A stretch of 64,000 bases of DNA from Callorhinchus milii (lineage: Eukaryota), in NCBI RefSeq assembly GCF_018977255.1, contig NW_024704742.1, forward strand, positions 86,244,001 through 86,308,000. Direction: 5' to 3'. Positions 12,426 through 26,394 of the stretch are shown here, piece after piece. Each line of letters begins with the position of its first letter. Within the stretch, counting starts at the first letter, position 1. The notes under the pieces are model-generated. The model worked only from the letters and a program-made list of their open reading frames with translations, did no database searches and was not told the DNA's origin. A program made the position numbers and the translations under genes.

Positions 12426-13918
12426 ATGCAGAACACAGAAAATCATTCCCTCTTTAATTCCCTGAAATTGGTTTCTATAGTTCTACAAGCAGCAGGATGT
12501 TTAATTTGCAAGTGATTATTCACTGTATTCAGTGAATGCTTTCAAGCAGGTTGTGTGGCCAGTTTGGGATTAATTTTGTGAATTAGCAGGCAAAATACTT
12601 AAAGATTTCTGTCTGCTACGGCTTATTCGGGAGGACGAACTTCAACAGACAACAATAAAATTTAAGCAACTCTTTAGAGAAACAAATAGAAGTAATTACA
12701 GAAAATCATACAGGAAATAATGGTGTATTTGGATAGATTACCAGCCAAAACTCTTGAGAGCTGTGAAGCAGTCAAGGTTCCAGTTGAAAAGTTATCACAA
12801 CTCACTTGTATGAGTGATATAAGGAAGTTTGGTAGCGACCTAGTTTCATTTGGAATTTTACTCAATATGACCCCACAGATATTGCAAGACCTAATTCATT
12901 AATAACAATTTAGTCTCTATGGAAACGTTAACTTTACTTTGCAAGTCATCTGGCTTCACTGTACGAACTAAAGAGAGAAATTAATGAAGGAAAAAATATT
13001 AAAAGGCTGCATCATACAGATCTGCAGACTCTCAAACACATTTGTACACACACTGCATGCATTAACATTGTACAATTTGAGACTTTAATATAGCATTATG
13101 TGCACATTGGTCTAAATCATAATTGAAGCGTTCAACACAAGAACGGTAACTGAGGTGTTAATTAACACGCTTCGCAAATTGTTTGATGAATCCATTTAGC
13201 AAAGCTGTAATTCTGCTGAAATGAATGTAATCATGTTTTAAGAGCTTGATTTCCCAATTACAGAGTAAATAGAAAGCACAAAGTAAGCAGTCACGTCACG
13301 ACTGGGTGCTGGTTTATTCTGCTGCGCAGTGCAGAACAAAGTAGTTTTGTTGGAATCAAGTTTGTGTTCATTGGTCATTGAAATCAGGCTTCAGGCCACA
13401 TTTGTTGGTTTCAGAAATAAACAGAACTAAGAGTTCAACTAAAACCAAATTGAAAATGTGCTTTTATAAGAAGGCATTCGTTTGTGCCTTCTCTCAAACC
13501 CATAGTCCATTGCAATTATCAATTAAAGTGCAGAAACCTGTTTTGAACTGCATTCTTTGGGAATCATTAATTCTAATCTTTATAAGAAATATTCATAACC
13601 ACCACTTTGATGTGTGTAACCAACCTGCTTTGCTTAACCAAATTATGTTATGAAATCCTCAGGAGTCGAAGAGCTCATTTCAAAAGGCATTTGCTCACAG
13701 GAACCCTAAGGAAGTGAGTCTCAGTGGAACACGGTAGGGAATCAGAGTGTAGAATAAAGCTTTTCTACGTAGATTCTCACTATACTGTGTGTGCTGAGTT
13801 CCCTGCAGAAATTGGTGGATCTGATTGGTAAGTCTCTGATGAAGAAATATTTTGCAGGAAGAGCTTTCCAAATCCACTCTCCTATTCACCTTTAAATTAT
13901 CAGCGTAGACAAAGGCTC

Positions 13919-13999
13919 CTGTGTTAATCAAATTTGTGAGAGAATGAATAATGACCGTTATAGCCATTATTCATTCACTCACAAATCTGATTAACACAG
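13919..13999. repeat. 81-nt hairpin: 35-bp arms with 2 mismatches, 11-nt loop
   Basis: ctgtgttaatcaaatttgtgagagaatgaataatg / cattattcattcactcacaaatctgattaacacag. Confidence 0.95.
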
Positions 14000-15769
14000 A
14001 GATCGGCTTATGCTGCAGTAATTGCTTCAGAAAATAGAAAGCTAAATGTGGAAGATGGAAAGAAAGATTTTGCATTTAGCAGAACGGGGCGGGGGGAGTG
14101 AGATGTTCTGCTTTATTTCACACAAAAAAAGTCTGTCCAATTCTGAAGACATTTTTTTAAGAAAATCTCCACAATGAGCCTTTCCACATTAAGTGCCTTG
14201 ACTTTCAGGGTAATTGTTTTTCAGGGCTCATTTGAGATCAAATTGTCTGTTGGAATAGCTCCTTGTAATAAAAGGATTACCAGGGATGTCTTTTCCTTTT
14301 CTGAATGTCTTTTCCTTAGGGTCGTGCTGACTCCTTGTCTCAGGTTTAATTTACTTCCCAAAGATCTTAATGGTGCAAAACCCTTTGCCCTACTGATGCT
14401 CTGATGAGGTATCCGACAGCACATTAAAAGTGTAATATTAGCATTTGCCTTTCCTTTTACATTAGATAGTAGAGTCAAACTTGACACGCTCTACTGGACT
14501 CTACTCACTATTGGAGTCCTGGTTTGTTGAGCAAAGCCATCACACACAATCTACTGATACAGAAGTTGGAGTACTACCAACTGAGCCAAATTGATATCTG
14601 GTTGTCATTTGTTGACAGAATAAAGTATATGCAAAGAGAACTGAACGTTTTGTTTATGCCATCAGTGATGAGTGTAGCTTTAGATTCTTCAGATGAGATG
14701 CTAAACTGAGGCCTATCTGCCTGTTCAGGTAAAAGTTAAAGATGGCATTATTTAAAAAGAGAAGGGAGTTTCTCTTTCCTGATGTTCTGGCCAACAATCC
14801 CCCAAATAACACTCGTCATTAACTCCATGGGTGTTTGTGGGACATCACCCATAAACCACAGTCACTGCACTTCATGGAATATCCTGTGAAGCGCTTTGGG
14901 GCATCCTACTGACACGAAAGACTCTACATCAAATAAGAAGTATTATTATTCACACAATGCGATTGAATGCAATTGCATCAATCGGTAAAGCTTTCCACTA
15001 AATTAAAACACATGACTGATTATCCTCAGTGAGGTGGTTTCTAGATCAAGACTAAATCTATGAGAAACTTGTAAAGATCTACAGACTTTGGTTTTGATAG
15101 CCCCATTTGTAGAGATTCTCAAAGGCCATAATTTCAGATAATTTGAGTGCAGTACCAGGTATTCGTATACAATTACACAGTCACTACACATCAAAGTAAA
15201 TCCTGCAAAGCGCTTTGAGACATTTCAATGATGGCACTATATTAAATGAAAAGATTATTGTCTTATTATTACTTATTATTAGCTCAGTTTGAAAAAGAAA
15301 GGAGTTTCTCCAGGTATCCTGACTAACAATCGCCCAAATAAAATAAAATTTGTTTCTCACTTCGTGGCTGTTTTGGGGAAGTTGCTGTGTGTAACTATGC
15401 TGCCATATTTGCCCACAAATACACATTACTCCATTTCACAGTACATCCTGTGAAATGCTTTGAGATGTGATTCCGACGTGATAAGGCTCTGTATCAAATA
15501 CAAGGATTATTATCATTATTATTATTGCACAAACTAAAAGCTCAAATTGATAGACAAGTTGTAACTAATCTTCCAAAGGATTTGGGGAGAGAGGAGAAAA
15601 TACAATATGTGTGATGTGATAACTATCACATGACATACAACAGAATTCCCACCCGCCCCCACCCATATACTTGTTGCTTACTGGCCTATTCTATGAGATG
15701 CAAATACGACACCAGAATATTTAACCTCCAGGTACAGTATCTGAATGTGGAAATATAAGCACCGTGATA

Positions 15770-16065
15770 CTCTAACACAGCCTTTGCAAGTGAGACACCT
15801 GGGTTCAATTCCAGGCAGAGCGAAACCTTGGGCAAGTTTCCTTACTCCAAACGCCTAATAATAATCCCTCCAAAACAAAACAATAATAAATTGGCTATTT
15901 TTAATCCACGACTGTTTGCGGGACACTGCTGTGTGCAATTGGCTGCCGCGTTTTGCCCACAAATATACAGTCAATTCACTTTACAGTATATTCTGTGAGG
16001 CACTTTGAGTCGTCTAGAAGACGTGAAAAGCGCTATATCAAATGCAAGGATTATTATTATTATTA
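15770..16065 (+). mobile_element. Young tRNA-SINE, short form, 5'-degraded
   Basis: cctgggttcaattccaggcagagcgaaaccttgggcaag...ctatatcaaatgcaagg(att)n. Confidence 0.88.
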
Positions 16066-19000
16066 GTTGTGTAATACCTTCAAACAGGATTTTAACGTGA
16101 TAATCAAAATGGAATAAAAAAACATATTCTCTGGGCTTTTATTATGGTCATTGGGCTCTAAGTGAAGAGATTTCATTTCCATTCAGCATCACACCAGCAC
16201 TGATGAGTCTCCAGAGTGGAGCTCGTTCATTCCACACTGCAGTTGTCCACTTCATCAGTATGATCAAGAAACCAGCTAATGGAGAAAACGACTGGAGCAG
16301 CCACAGCCCAGAGTGGAGACACCACCATTACGCCAAGCCTGTGGAGGGGTGGGGAGTTTCTGACCTTGGGCTGATGGATGAATCAGCGCTGCGAGACACC
16401 ATCCAGCTTGAAGGGCGCTATATAAATGCAAGTTGTTGTTGTTGCATCTGAAGAATTCTCCTGGTTGCTGCATTCTTGTTTCTGATCACAGAGATTGACA
16501 CTTGGGTGCAATTAGAAATAGGATGACATTTTATCTCAGTCAGTTTCCTGTGAATCACGCCGGTTGAGCAATATTCAAAGATTGCCTACATAATACACAG
16601 TCACTACACTCCACAGTATATGCTGTGAAGTGATTTGAGACAATCTCCTGACATCAAATGTAATATTATTTATTATATTAAATATTTTAAGCTGGGCCCT
16701 AAGATCAAATCACAATGCTGGGCAGGGTGTTCAGTTCCACAATTCAGTCTATAGGAGTGGATGGAAAAACGTGATGCTCCATAACACGTTTGATGTGTTA
16801 ACTATCACATCAAAGCTGTTATGAAAAGTTTTTCACCCTTTTATCATTTTCTCACCGTTGCGCTTGACAAAGTTTACACATATAGTCTTTGACATTTCTG
16901 GTTTAAATTATTCAGTATTCCTCAATTATCATTGCACTGAAACACACCAGTATTTTCTAAACCTAACCAAGCCAGAGTCCACTGCAACACGGCTGAGGCA
17001 CTACGGGAAATCCAGAGCAAGTCGGCAGCTGAACGAGAAAAATAGGTGAGAAGTTCAGGGGGAAAACAAACACAAATCTATCTTTCTTTCTGATTCTGCT
17101 CTGGATTACCATCATTTCAATTTTTTTCTCCAGATTTGCTGCATTTGCTGGTTTCTTTGTCTTCATATTTAAAATATTGCAGTCAATGCTTCAAATATCA
17201 CATCTATTCCTAAAGACTATCTGTGGAATTGAGTATCCAGCACTAGGACAGATGATTGGTGAATATAGGCCGACACTTGTTATAACGCACTTCAGTATAG
17301 TCCAATCGCTCGGCAGGCCAGCAGTATAGTGAAAGTGCAGCACATTAACAGCTTCCAGCGCTGAGTGGCCAGATTCCTGCACTTTTCTGCACTGTGCAGG
17401 AAGTGTCACTGACGGGCAGGAAGTCATATTAATGGTGACCTGAAGTACCTAGAAGCCATCCCCATTATAACGGGGTCTGAATTTATGGACTCAAACTACT
17501 GCATTATTGTGGGGGGGGGGGGTCAGCCTGTACTTACATACTGCAGATTGACCTTTATACAAAGCTACTTGGTGTAGGTCTGCAGAGAGGACAGTACACC
17601 CACGCTGTGCACCTATACTCAACAGCATTGTATAAAAAGCTGCAGGTTATATCAATGTAGCTTCTATGTCTTTCCATATATAAAGGGGTGTAAGGTTAAG
17701 CTGTTTTAAAATTCAGAGGCTAAAACCCCTAGAGTACTGCTAATTCCTTCTGCTTTGGGGGCAATTAGTCATTTTAGGTAAAGGTCACCATGGTCTGAAA
17801 TCTTTATCTCTTTGTAAACTGTATCCAGATTGCTGAATAGTTTTCCTATTATATGAAACTCAGAGTCTGAGAAGCTCTTTCACTCTGAAATGACAACGAG
17901 TTAAATATTTATAGGCATTATTTTAGGAGTGCACAAAATTTATCCAGAGTTCAAACCCTGTTCCATTCTGAAACGAGAAGGATTTAAATATTTATAGGCA
18001 AATAGTATGCACTTTATCTTACATTAGGTCAATATACCTACATGTCAGTCATAGTAGATATGCATTGTAGTAGCATTATCTGTGTGTCTGTATATATGTG
18101 TAGATGTGTGTGGCTTTATTGGTTCCCAAAATTAAGATTTATTTTTATTTTCTACAAGTTAATGGAACAAATTATTCTGAATTATTTCAATCCTACTGCT
18201 GCATTACACTGAGCTCAAATATCTGCGTCCATTCCACCTGTAGAGTTGTATCAACCCACTCCCTTCCTTCCCTAATATAACATATACTCCCCACTCATGA
18301 TATAACACTCATCCACTCCCCTCCATCCATAGTGTAACACACAAACTCCCCCTCCTTCATAGTAATAATGATAATCTTTGCATTTGATATAACATCTATT
18401 GCCTCATTGAGATATCTCAGGATATACTGTAAAATGCAGTGACTGTATATTTGTGAATGAAGCCAATCTGCAACATTGTCCCACAAAGAGTCATGAAGTG
18501 AATGACTAATTTTATTTAGAGGATTGTTGGCTCAGACGCCAGTAGAAATTCTCTTTTTTTTCCAAATAGTCTTTAATGTCCTGAACAAGGTTACAAAAGA
18601 TATACAAGTTGGAAATAGACCACTCGTCCCAACCTGTCTGTGCCAGTGTTTATACTCCACATGAGTTTTACTCATTTCTTATTCTCTCCCGTACCTTTCT
18701 ACTCCCCTCTCCTTCATGTGAAGGTCAAGCTTCCTCTTAAATGCATTTATACTATCTGATTCAACCACCATTTCACGCAACTAGTTCCACAATCTCATTA
18801 CTTTCCTCATAAAGCAGTTCCTCCTAAAAAGGGGCTTGGTTTAACATCTCATCCAAAGGATGACACTGGAGCACGCCACCAGCAATAGCACTGCAGCATC
18901 AGCCTAGATTGTGAGTTCCCAAAGTGGGGTTTGAGCCGACAACCTCCTATCTCAGAGGCGAGAGTCCTACCAACTGAGGCAGGCTAGCATAAGGCAGATA

Positions 19001-20990
19001 CTTCACTGCAGAATAACACAAAGCCACATTTTGCACTCCATACAGGATTTTGCATTGCAGCTTTAGGTAATGCAAATGGAATTGGCTCATTCTGAGAGTA
19101 ATGAGATGTGTGTAAAAAAAATGTAACTGTGAGGGCAACAGAATCAATTTTGATATGTAAATTATTCAAAAGATAAGGGGATGGAAAACGCAACTTGTGA
19201 ATGTGATAATTACTACATCGCTGAAAACTGTTATTGCTTGACTGTCCTCAGTCAGAGTGAAATTTCAGAACTTTGGCTTTGACACCACAGTCGGTACCAC
19301 TGGATAGATTTAAGACATAAAAAGACCCAAGGTTTGAAGATGGTGAAATCACCGATTAGGTTTGTTGGCTGAAGATACAGGTGAGGCACTGAAGGATTAA
19401 AGGATTTTCCCACTAGCCTGTAAAGTTTCTGTGCTTTTCCTACCTGTTCAGGTACACATTAAATATTCCATGGCACTGTTCAAAAAGCGAAAGAAGTTTT
19501 TTCCGAAGTCCTGGCCAACAATCCGTCAGTTAAATTGGTCATGGCTCTATGTGAGATAATTCTGTTCGAAAATTAACTGCCACAATCACCTACAAATTCA
19601 GAGTCTACTACCATAAAGTGCTTGAGGCATTTTGACACACTATATCAGATGCAAGAATTATTATTAAGTCTGTGCTGGGGTTTGCTTGAATAGTGAGAAA
19701 GGTCACAGCAAGATTGGGAGATGGAGATGAATTGGTAAGGCACAGGGAACACAATATACAACTGGATCATGGATTTGTGAATAGGCGTTGCCATCTACTG
19801 TAAGAGCAAATATTGTGGCTACAAATGTACAATCCAGAAGTCCAATGCTTGACTGCTTATAGTTTCTCAGCATGCTCTTTGAACCATTGATAAGACTGCC
19901 AGTGTGGCATCTGCCTCAAGCACACCCAGGGACCAGTGGATGTGCTAATTATCAGAAGGTGGCTAAATTCATTGCACATCAGTGTATGTCTCTGTTTGGC
20001 TCATACCTATTAGCCCAACCCTGATGTGATTTTCCTGAGTTGTCTCCCTGGTTTTGAGCTGGGGGTGAAGACTGCCTCAGCATCACATTCTCCTCCGAGC
20101 GGAAATTATGCAGTCAGTTCTCCACTGCTTAACTATATAATGTGCTAATTGCAGGTTCACTTCAAACATTGCTGCAAATGTTTGCAGAACAACCTTGAAA
20201 TTGCTTTATGTGACCGGTCACAGATAACAATTTTCCCCATCAACAGCGCCTCTGGAAGGTTGTTAAGCAAAGCTTTCGAGACGTACTTACCAACATCTCC
20301 ACTGCGTCTGAAAAATAACATTTCTGCTATTGTGAGTCATGAAATTGCATCTAGGAGACGGCATAAAGACAATCAGGATTAGAATTAGCTGTTCCTATTC
20401 AAAACTACGAGATCCCTCTTTTTAAAAAGAAGCTCAGAAAATGTAATTATTATATGACCCAATAAAAAAGGAACGTTTCAGATTGCATTCAATACGATCT
20501 GGAGCAATCTCTCAATCTCATACTGGCAGATGGATATTTAATGAAGGCAAATGTAATATAATAGAAGTGTTAAAAATGAAGCAGCAGACTGGGGCAGAGT
20601 AAGCAAGCAAGTTATCATGATGTTGTTTTCTGCAGAAAACAGCCAGCTGGATTGCAGTCATCACTGCCACCCTCCATATTTACAACAATGAGGTTGTTCT
20701 TAAAAACGTTTCTCAAGCTATTCTGTTGATGATTCTGATTTCAGCCCTTTAAACTCAGTAGTTATTTTGAACTATCACGTGATTGCATTTTGAGGTCAGA
20801 GAGTCTGGACAGATTGTTCATCAGGCGGTTGAATAAGAGGGGTAGAATTAAATTGCAACCGCTTTTGGAAGAAGTGGGATTAGTGGGCTGAACAGTCTTT
20901 TTCTCATCCCTTAGCTTTCTTAGGTTCTTTACGCAGTTCATTAAAACTTGCTGCTTGAGAATACTGACCCAATCTGCTGTTTAGGTTTGA

Positions 20991-21218
<228 letters not shown>

Positions 21219-21638
21219 TAAAGTGAGCGCTCACAGCTATCAGCCATCACTGCCAGTCACACCCTCCATATTTACAGCAATGAGGTTATTCTTAAAACTC
21301 ATCTCTCCTTCGACTGTTTTGCTCATTCTGATTTCTAATTTCAGTGATATAAGCTTCCGGTGTTGTTCTTTGTCAAGAATGCAATGGACTAGCCCTTTAA
21401 ACACAGTAGTAATGCCTACCTTTAAAAATAAATGAAATGAAAATTGGGATGTTAGGATTTGTTAACTAATACCAGTGGTGTTAATCAACACAGGTATTGA
21501 AGTTGTGACATTATAGATCATTAACACGTTGACTGAGCTTCGGCTGTGCTGGAGGCAGATGCTCCCAAGCACTCTTCTCGGTGGCCAGCCTACTCACACA
21601 CTGTACTCCGACTCTGGGACCACAGAATTGGAGTCTGT

Positions 21639-22014
21639 GGAGTCCTGTAGCATATTGGTCAGAGGATTTGGCTTGCAAGCAAGAGGACCTGGGTTTGATT
21701 CCTGGGCAGGGCGAAACCTTAGGCAAATTTCCTTACTCCACACGCCTCTGTTTACCTAGTAGTAAGTAGAAACGCAATTGTTAGACGATTGGCAGATCGT
21801 TTTCCAGGGGTAATAATCCATTCAAAAAAATTTTAAAAAAAATTTGGTTCATCAATCCACAATTGTTTGTCTATGCTGTGCGCAATTGGCAGCTGCATTT
21901 CACCCACAAAGTATAAAGTCAATTAACTTTCCAGTTTATTCTGTGAAGTGCATTGAGACGTCTCAATGAAGTGACAAATTGCTATATCAAATCCAAGGAT
22001 TATTATTATTATTA
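21639..22014 (+). mobile_element. Young tRNA-SINE, long form, between the duplicated units
   Basis: ggagtcctgtagcatattggtcagag...tctgtttacctagtagtaag...(tta)n. Confidence 0.9.
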
Positions 22015-22136
22015 GTCATCACTGCCAGTCGCACCTCCCATATTTACATCAATTAGGTTATTTTTAAAACGCATCTCTCAATCTACTCCTTTGGTCATTC
22101 TGATTTCAGTGATTCAAGTCTTCTGTGTTGTTAAGA

Positions 22137-22620
22137 GAACACAGCTCTCCACTTGGTAACTGGACAAGTTGGCTGCCGTGTTTCACCCACAAAATATACA
22201 GTCAATTCACTTAACAGTATATTCTGTGAAGTTCTTTGAGATGTCTTGAAAATGTGATAATAATAATAATAGTAATCCTTGCATTTGATATAGCGCTTTT
22301 CACGTCAGGAGGACGTCCCAAAGTGCTTCACAGAACACACTATAAGGTGAATTGACTGTATATTTGTGGGCGAACGCGGCAGCCAATTGCGCATAGCAAT
22401 TTCCGACAAACAGTCGTAGATTGAAAATGACCAATTTATTATTGTTTTTGGTTTTGGAGGGATTATTATTAGGTGTGTGGAGTAAGGAAACTAGCCCAAG
22501 GTTTCGCCCTGCCTGGAATTGAACCCAGGTGTCTTGCTTGCAAGGCAAGTGCTCTAACCATTGAGCTACAGGACTCCATCATAAGGTGCTATATCAAATT
22601 CAAAGATTATTATTATTATT
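22137..22620. mobile_element. Truncated plus-strand SINE with a full-length minus-strand SINE (22257-22577) nested in its tail
   Basis: Flanked by 9-bp duplication TTGTTAAGA (22128-22136, 22619-22627); outer tail broken at gtgataa and resumes ataaggtgctatatcaaat. Confidence 0.88.
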
Positions 22621-23041
22621 GTTAAGAATGCAATGGACTAGCCCTTTAAACACAGTAGTAATACCTACCTTTAAAAATAGATTAAATGAAAATTGGGATG
22701 TTAGGATTTGTTAACTATCACCAGAGGTGCTAATTAACACAGGTAGTGACATTATAGTTCATTAACACATTGACTGAGCTTCGGCTGTGCTGTAGGCAGG
22801 TCCTCCCGAGAAATTCTTCCCTGCAGTTTTACTCACAGGACAGTCGCACACTGGACTTCCCGCTTTGGTGATTAGCAGGATACCATCTTGCCTAAAGAAA
22901 CCAATTCACAGTTTTGTCAATAATCAGTTGACGACCAGTCCAATACTATGTAGTCGAATTATACCTGAACAATCTTAATTGTGATTTGATTTTATTAGAG
23001 TTAACTTCAATAAAATGCAGTGTAACTAGTAACAAGCTTAG

Positions 23042-23357
23042 GGAGTCCTGTAGCTCAGTGGTTAGAGCACTCGCCTCACAAGCGAGAGACCTGGGTTCGA
23101 TTCCCAGCATGGCGAAACCTTGGACAAGTTTCCTTACTCCAGACGCCTGATAATAATCACTCAAGAAAAAAAAACATTCATAATTTGGTCACTCAATCCT
23201 CAACTGTTTGTGGGACGCTGGTGTGCACAATTGGCTGCCGCATTTCACCCACAAAATATACAGCCAATATATAAACTTTTCAATATATTCTGTGAAGAGC
23301 TTTGAAACATCTAGAAGATATGAAAAGCATTATATCAAATTCAAGTATTATTATTAT
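23042..23357 (+). mobile_element. Full-length young tRNA-SINE, short form
   Basis: GGAGTCCTGTAGCTCAGTGGTTAGAGCACTCGCCTCACAAGCGAGAGACCTGGGTTCGATTCCC with intact A and B boxes. Confidence 0.92.
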
Positions 23358-24227
23358 AACCAAGTCACCCTGATAAATGAAGTGTAATAGCCTGACATCA
23401 TATCTGATTTTGCTAAAAAGATATTTTTGGCTCTTAAAAGTATTTGGAAGACAACTGTTCTAATTGTTATTCAATACAATCCTTTGATGCAGTATTGTAG
23501 AAAGTCCTGGCAGAAACACCTGGGTTTATATAAAGATTTCCATAAAGCATGCTCTTAGATTCTTGACAGTCTTTAATAAGTGTCAAAAGGGAACACACCA
23601 GGGAACACACACCAGGGAATGATGGTGCTTTAAAAAGTTAAACTAAGGCTCTGTCTAACTGTTCAGATGGACGTTAAAGATCCCATGGCCCAAGGCAGTA
23701 AAAGGGAGTTTTTCTAGGTGTCCTGGCCATCGATCCCCCAGATAAAATTGGTCATTGCTCATTGACTGCACAAAAATACTACACTCTACGGTAAATTTTG
23801 AAAAGCCCTTTGAGTCATTTCGACAATGTGATAAGGGCTATATCAAATGTAAGGATTATTATCATATCTACACACACAGCTAAACTCCCGCTTTCACACC
23901 TCCCGCGGGTGTTAAAAGTGCCTGAATGTTGCAGACACAGATATCCAGGCACTGCCAGAGCATCAGCAGGACTCATCTCTGAATTCTCGATTGTATTACC
24001 AAAATCCTTACTTAGCTGATAATATTACTGTGTATCTGCCGCTGATCCTATTTGATGCATTAAATGGGGAAAACGTATTTTATTTGTGAATGCTCCCTTC
24101 TGAAATTCTGACATTTGTGTCTCGCACATACACAATGAACTGATGTTCATTCTCCTGGCCAACTCCAGACCGCGCAGCACTGCACCAACACTTTCCTGGA
24201 GCAGGGGGAAAAAAAACAGGTTGGGGC

Positions 24228-24710
24228 TTGATTATACTACACAGGCAATTTGTACTCAATTTTACTCATTTGTAAAACATATGTCTAATTATTGTAGAAG
24301 AGAAACAGTCTAATAATAGCAATTGCTATTGTAGTTTTTTTTTCTAATTCTAAGCTTCCACAGTGAAGACCCTGGAGAATTATATGGGGACGTAAAAATG
24401 TTTCATGATGACTGCTCCCACGTTCAGAACATAACATGCTGAACTGGAAGCCACACTCTGAACAATTACAGCTTGTCAGAGAAGGGCAACCAATCCGGAG
24501 TATAAAAAAGTGTTGCATTTAATTAATATCTAATAGTAATGCAATGCAATAAATCGCAGGGGCATATACAGGAGATGTCAATAATGCGAAAAAATTGATT
24601 ATACTACACAGAAAATTTGTACAAAATTTTACTCTTTATAAAGCATGTCCAATTATTGTAGAAGAGCAACAGTCTAATAATAGCAATTGTTATTGTAGTT
24701 TTATTTTAAT
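24228..24710 (+). repeat. ~120-bp direct repeat pair (24228-24348, 24595-24710)
   Basis: ttgattatactacacag...aattattgtagaagag.aacagtctaataatagcaattg.tattgtagtttt in both copies. Confidence 0.9.
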
Positions 24711-26283
24711 ATACAGCCTGGACTGTATATTAAAAGCTATTAATAACTAAAATGTATAATGTCCATAGGAAACTAAGTGCGATAGAGTGGAATGGCACCA
24801 CTGCTGTATCACCGAGGTGTTCTGGTACAGTATGAGATAACATAAGGTGTACTGTGGGAGTCACAACAACAAATTGCATCTGTATAGTGCCTTTCACAAT
24901 TGTGAGGAGGTGCTGGACAGTTGAAGGTTTGCACCCAAGATGAGGGTTGGATTCATGAGGAGTAGGGGCCAAGGAGGGGGAAAAGTTGACCAAAGGTGCA
25001 ATCAAAGAGAAAGGTCTTCAGACAAACCTTGAAGGAGATGAGGGAAGGGTCCAACAATTTATAAGATTCAAATGCCGATGTGTTGTGGCTGATCCTCTTG
25101 AAACTCAGATGAATCCTATCTTCACCGAGACCAAAGTCTGAGGTGTCAGACTGACTGTGGCACATCTGGGTTTCACTATTTGCCAATCCTTTTACCAATC
25201 ACCCACAATTTAAACAGTGCAGTGATTTTTTTCTTTGGTTAGCCAGGTATCTGACACTCGTGGAAACCCATCACCAAGCTTAAGAATAGCCTGTATACTG
25301 TTTGTATCCCATTTCCTAATCTTTCATTCCATTCCCAAGAAAATATTAACTCTATTTGAAAGAGCCAATTGACAAATGCTGTAGTTGGATCACTACTCAG
25401 TGAGGATGGTATTTATAGGAAAGGGGAAAGGAGGCAGGCGGTGTCTTAGTGGGGGCAAATTGGCTCCACTGGCTCCACACCTGGAAGCCAGCCAGATCTC
25501 CAGTGACCTCTAAGTCATCGTTGAAGGTTGTCTGGCTCATTAATGGGACTTGGAGATGTAGGTAAGTTTTCAAACCTGCAAGACAAAGCCCTGATACCTA
25601 GGTGTTACAAACTAGACGCGTAATGTTATGTGCTGTGTTGTTAACACATGTTTCTATATGAGTTTGACCATACAATAACAGTATAAATTAGTCTGTTCCC
25701 ATTTGTTGGGGGTATGTAACCAGGCGATACAAGTATAAGATAGCAACTCATCATCAAGGAGGAATACTTCACTCAGATGGCAGTGAGATTGTGAAACTCG
25801 CAGCCTGTACTAGTGGTTGAAGCAGATAGTATAGATGCATTTAAGTGAAATCTAGACCTTCATTTTCGGGAGAGGGGAATAATAATAATCTTTGCATTTG
25901 GTATAGCCTTTTATCACATCAGAAGGATGTCTCAAAGCGCTTCATAGGATTTACAATTAAATGGAGTGAAATTAATTTGTAGACAATGAAATTAATTTGT
26001 AGGCAAACTCAGCAGCATAATTGCACACAGCAATGTCCCAGAACCCGCCATGAAATGAATGACCAATTTTATTTAAATAAGATTAGAATAGAAGGGTATG
26101 GGAGGGAGTAAGGAGTGGGTGGAGACTCATGTGGAGTATAATCACCATCATGGTCTGGTTGGTTGAGTGGCCTGTGGTAACATTCTCTGTAAATCTTTGA
26201 GAGTGGTCAGTAAGAACACTGTGCTTCCTAACAGTGTGATTAAATTCCATTTAACAACAGCACTTTCTTCTTTCTCCCTGTAA

Positions 26284-26394
<111 letters not shown>

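Larger units (their letters stand above)
21241..22840 (+). repeat. Local tandem duplication of a ~370-bp unit (21241-21600 and 22014-22840), with a partial third copy at 20655-20743
   Basis: Shared catcactgccagtc...catatttac...attctgatttc and aagaatgcaatggactagccctttaaacacagtagtaat...ttgactgagcttcggctgtgctg. Confidence 0.9.

Noticed and set aside
23042..23115. tRNA gene (Val/Ala-like, intact A and B boxes)
   Set aside because: No acceptor-stem closure or poly-T terminator; it runs into a SINE body and recurs many times with variable anticodons.
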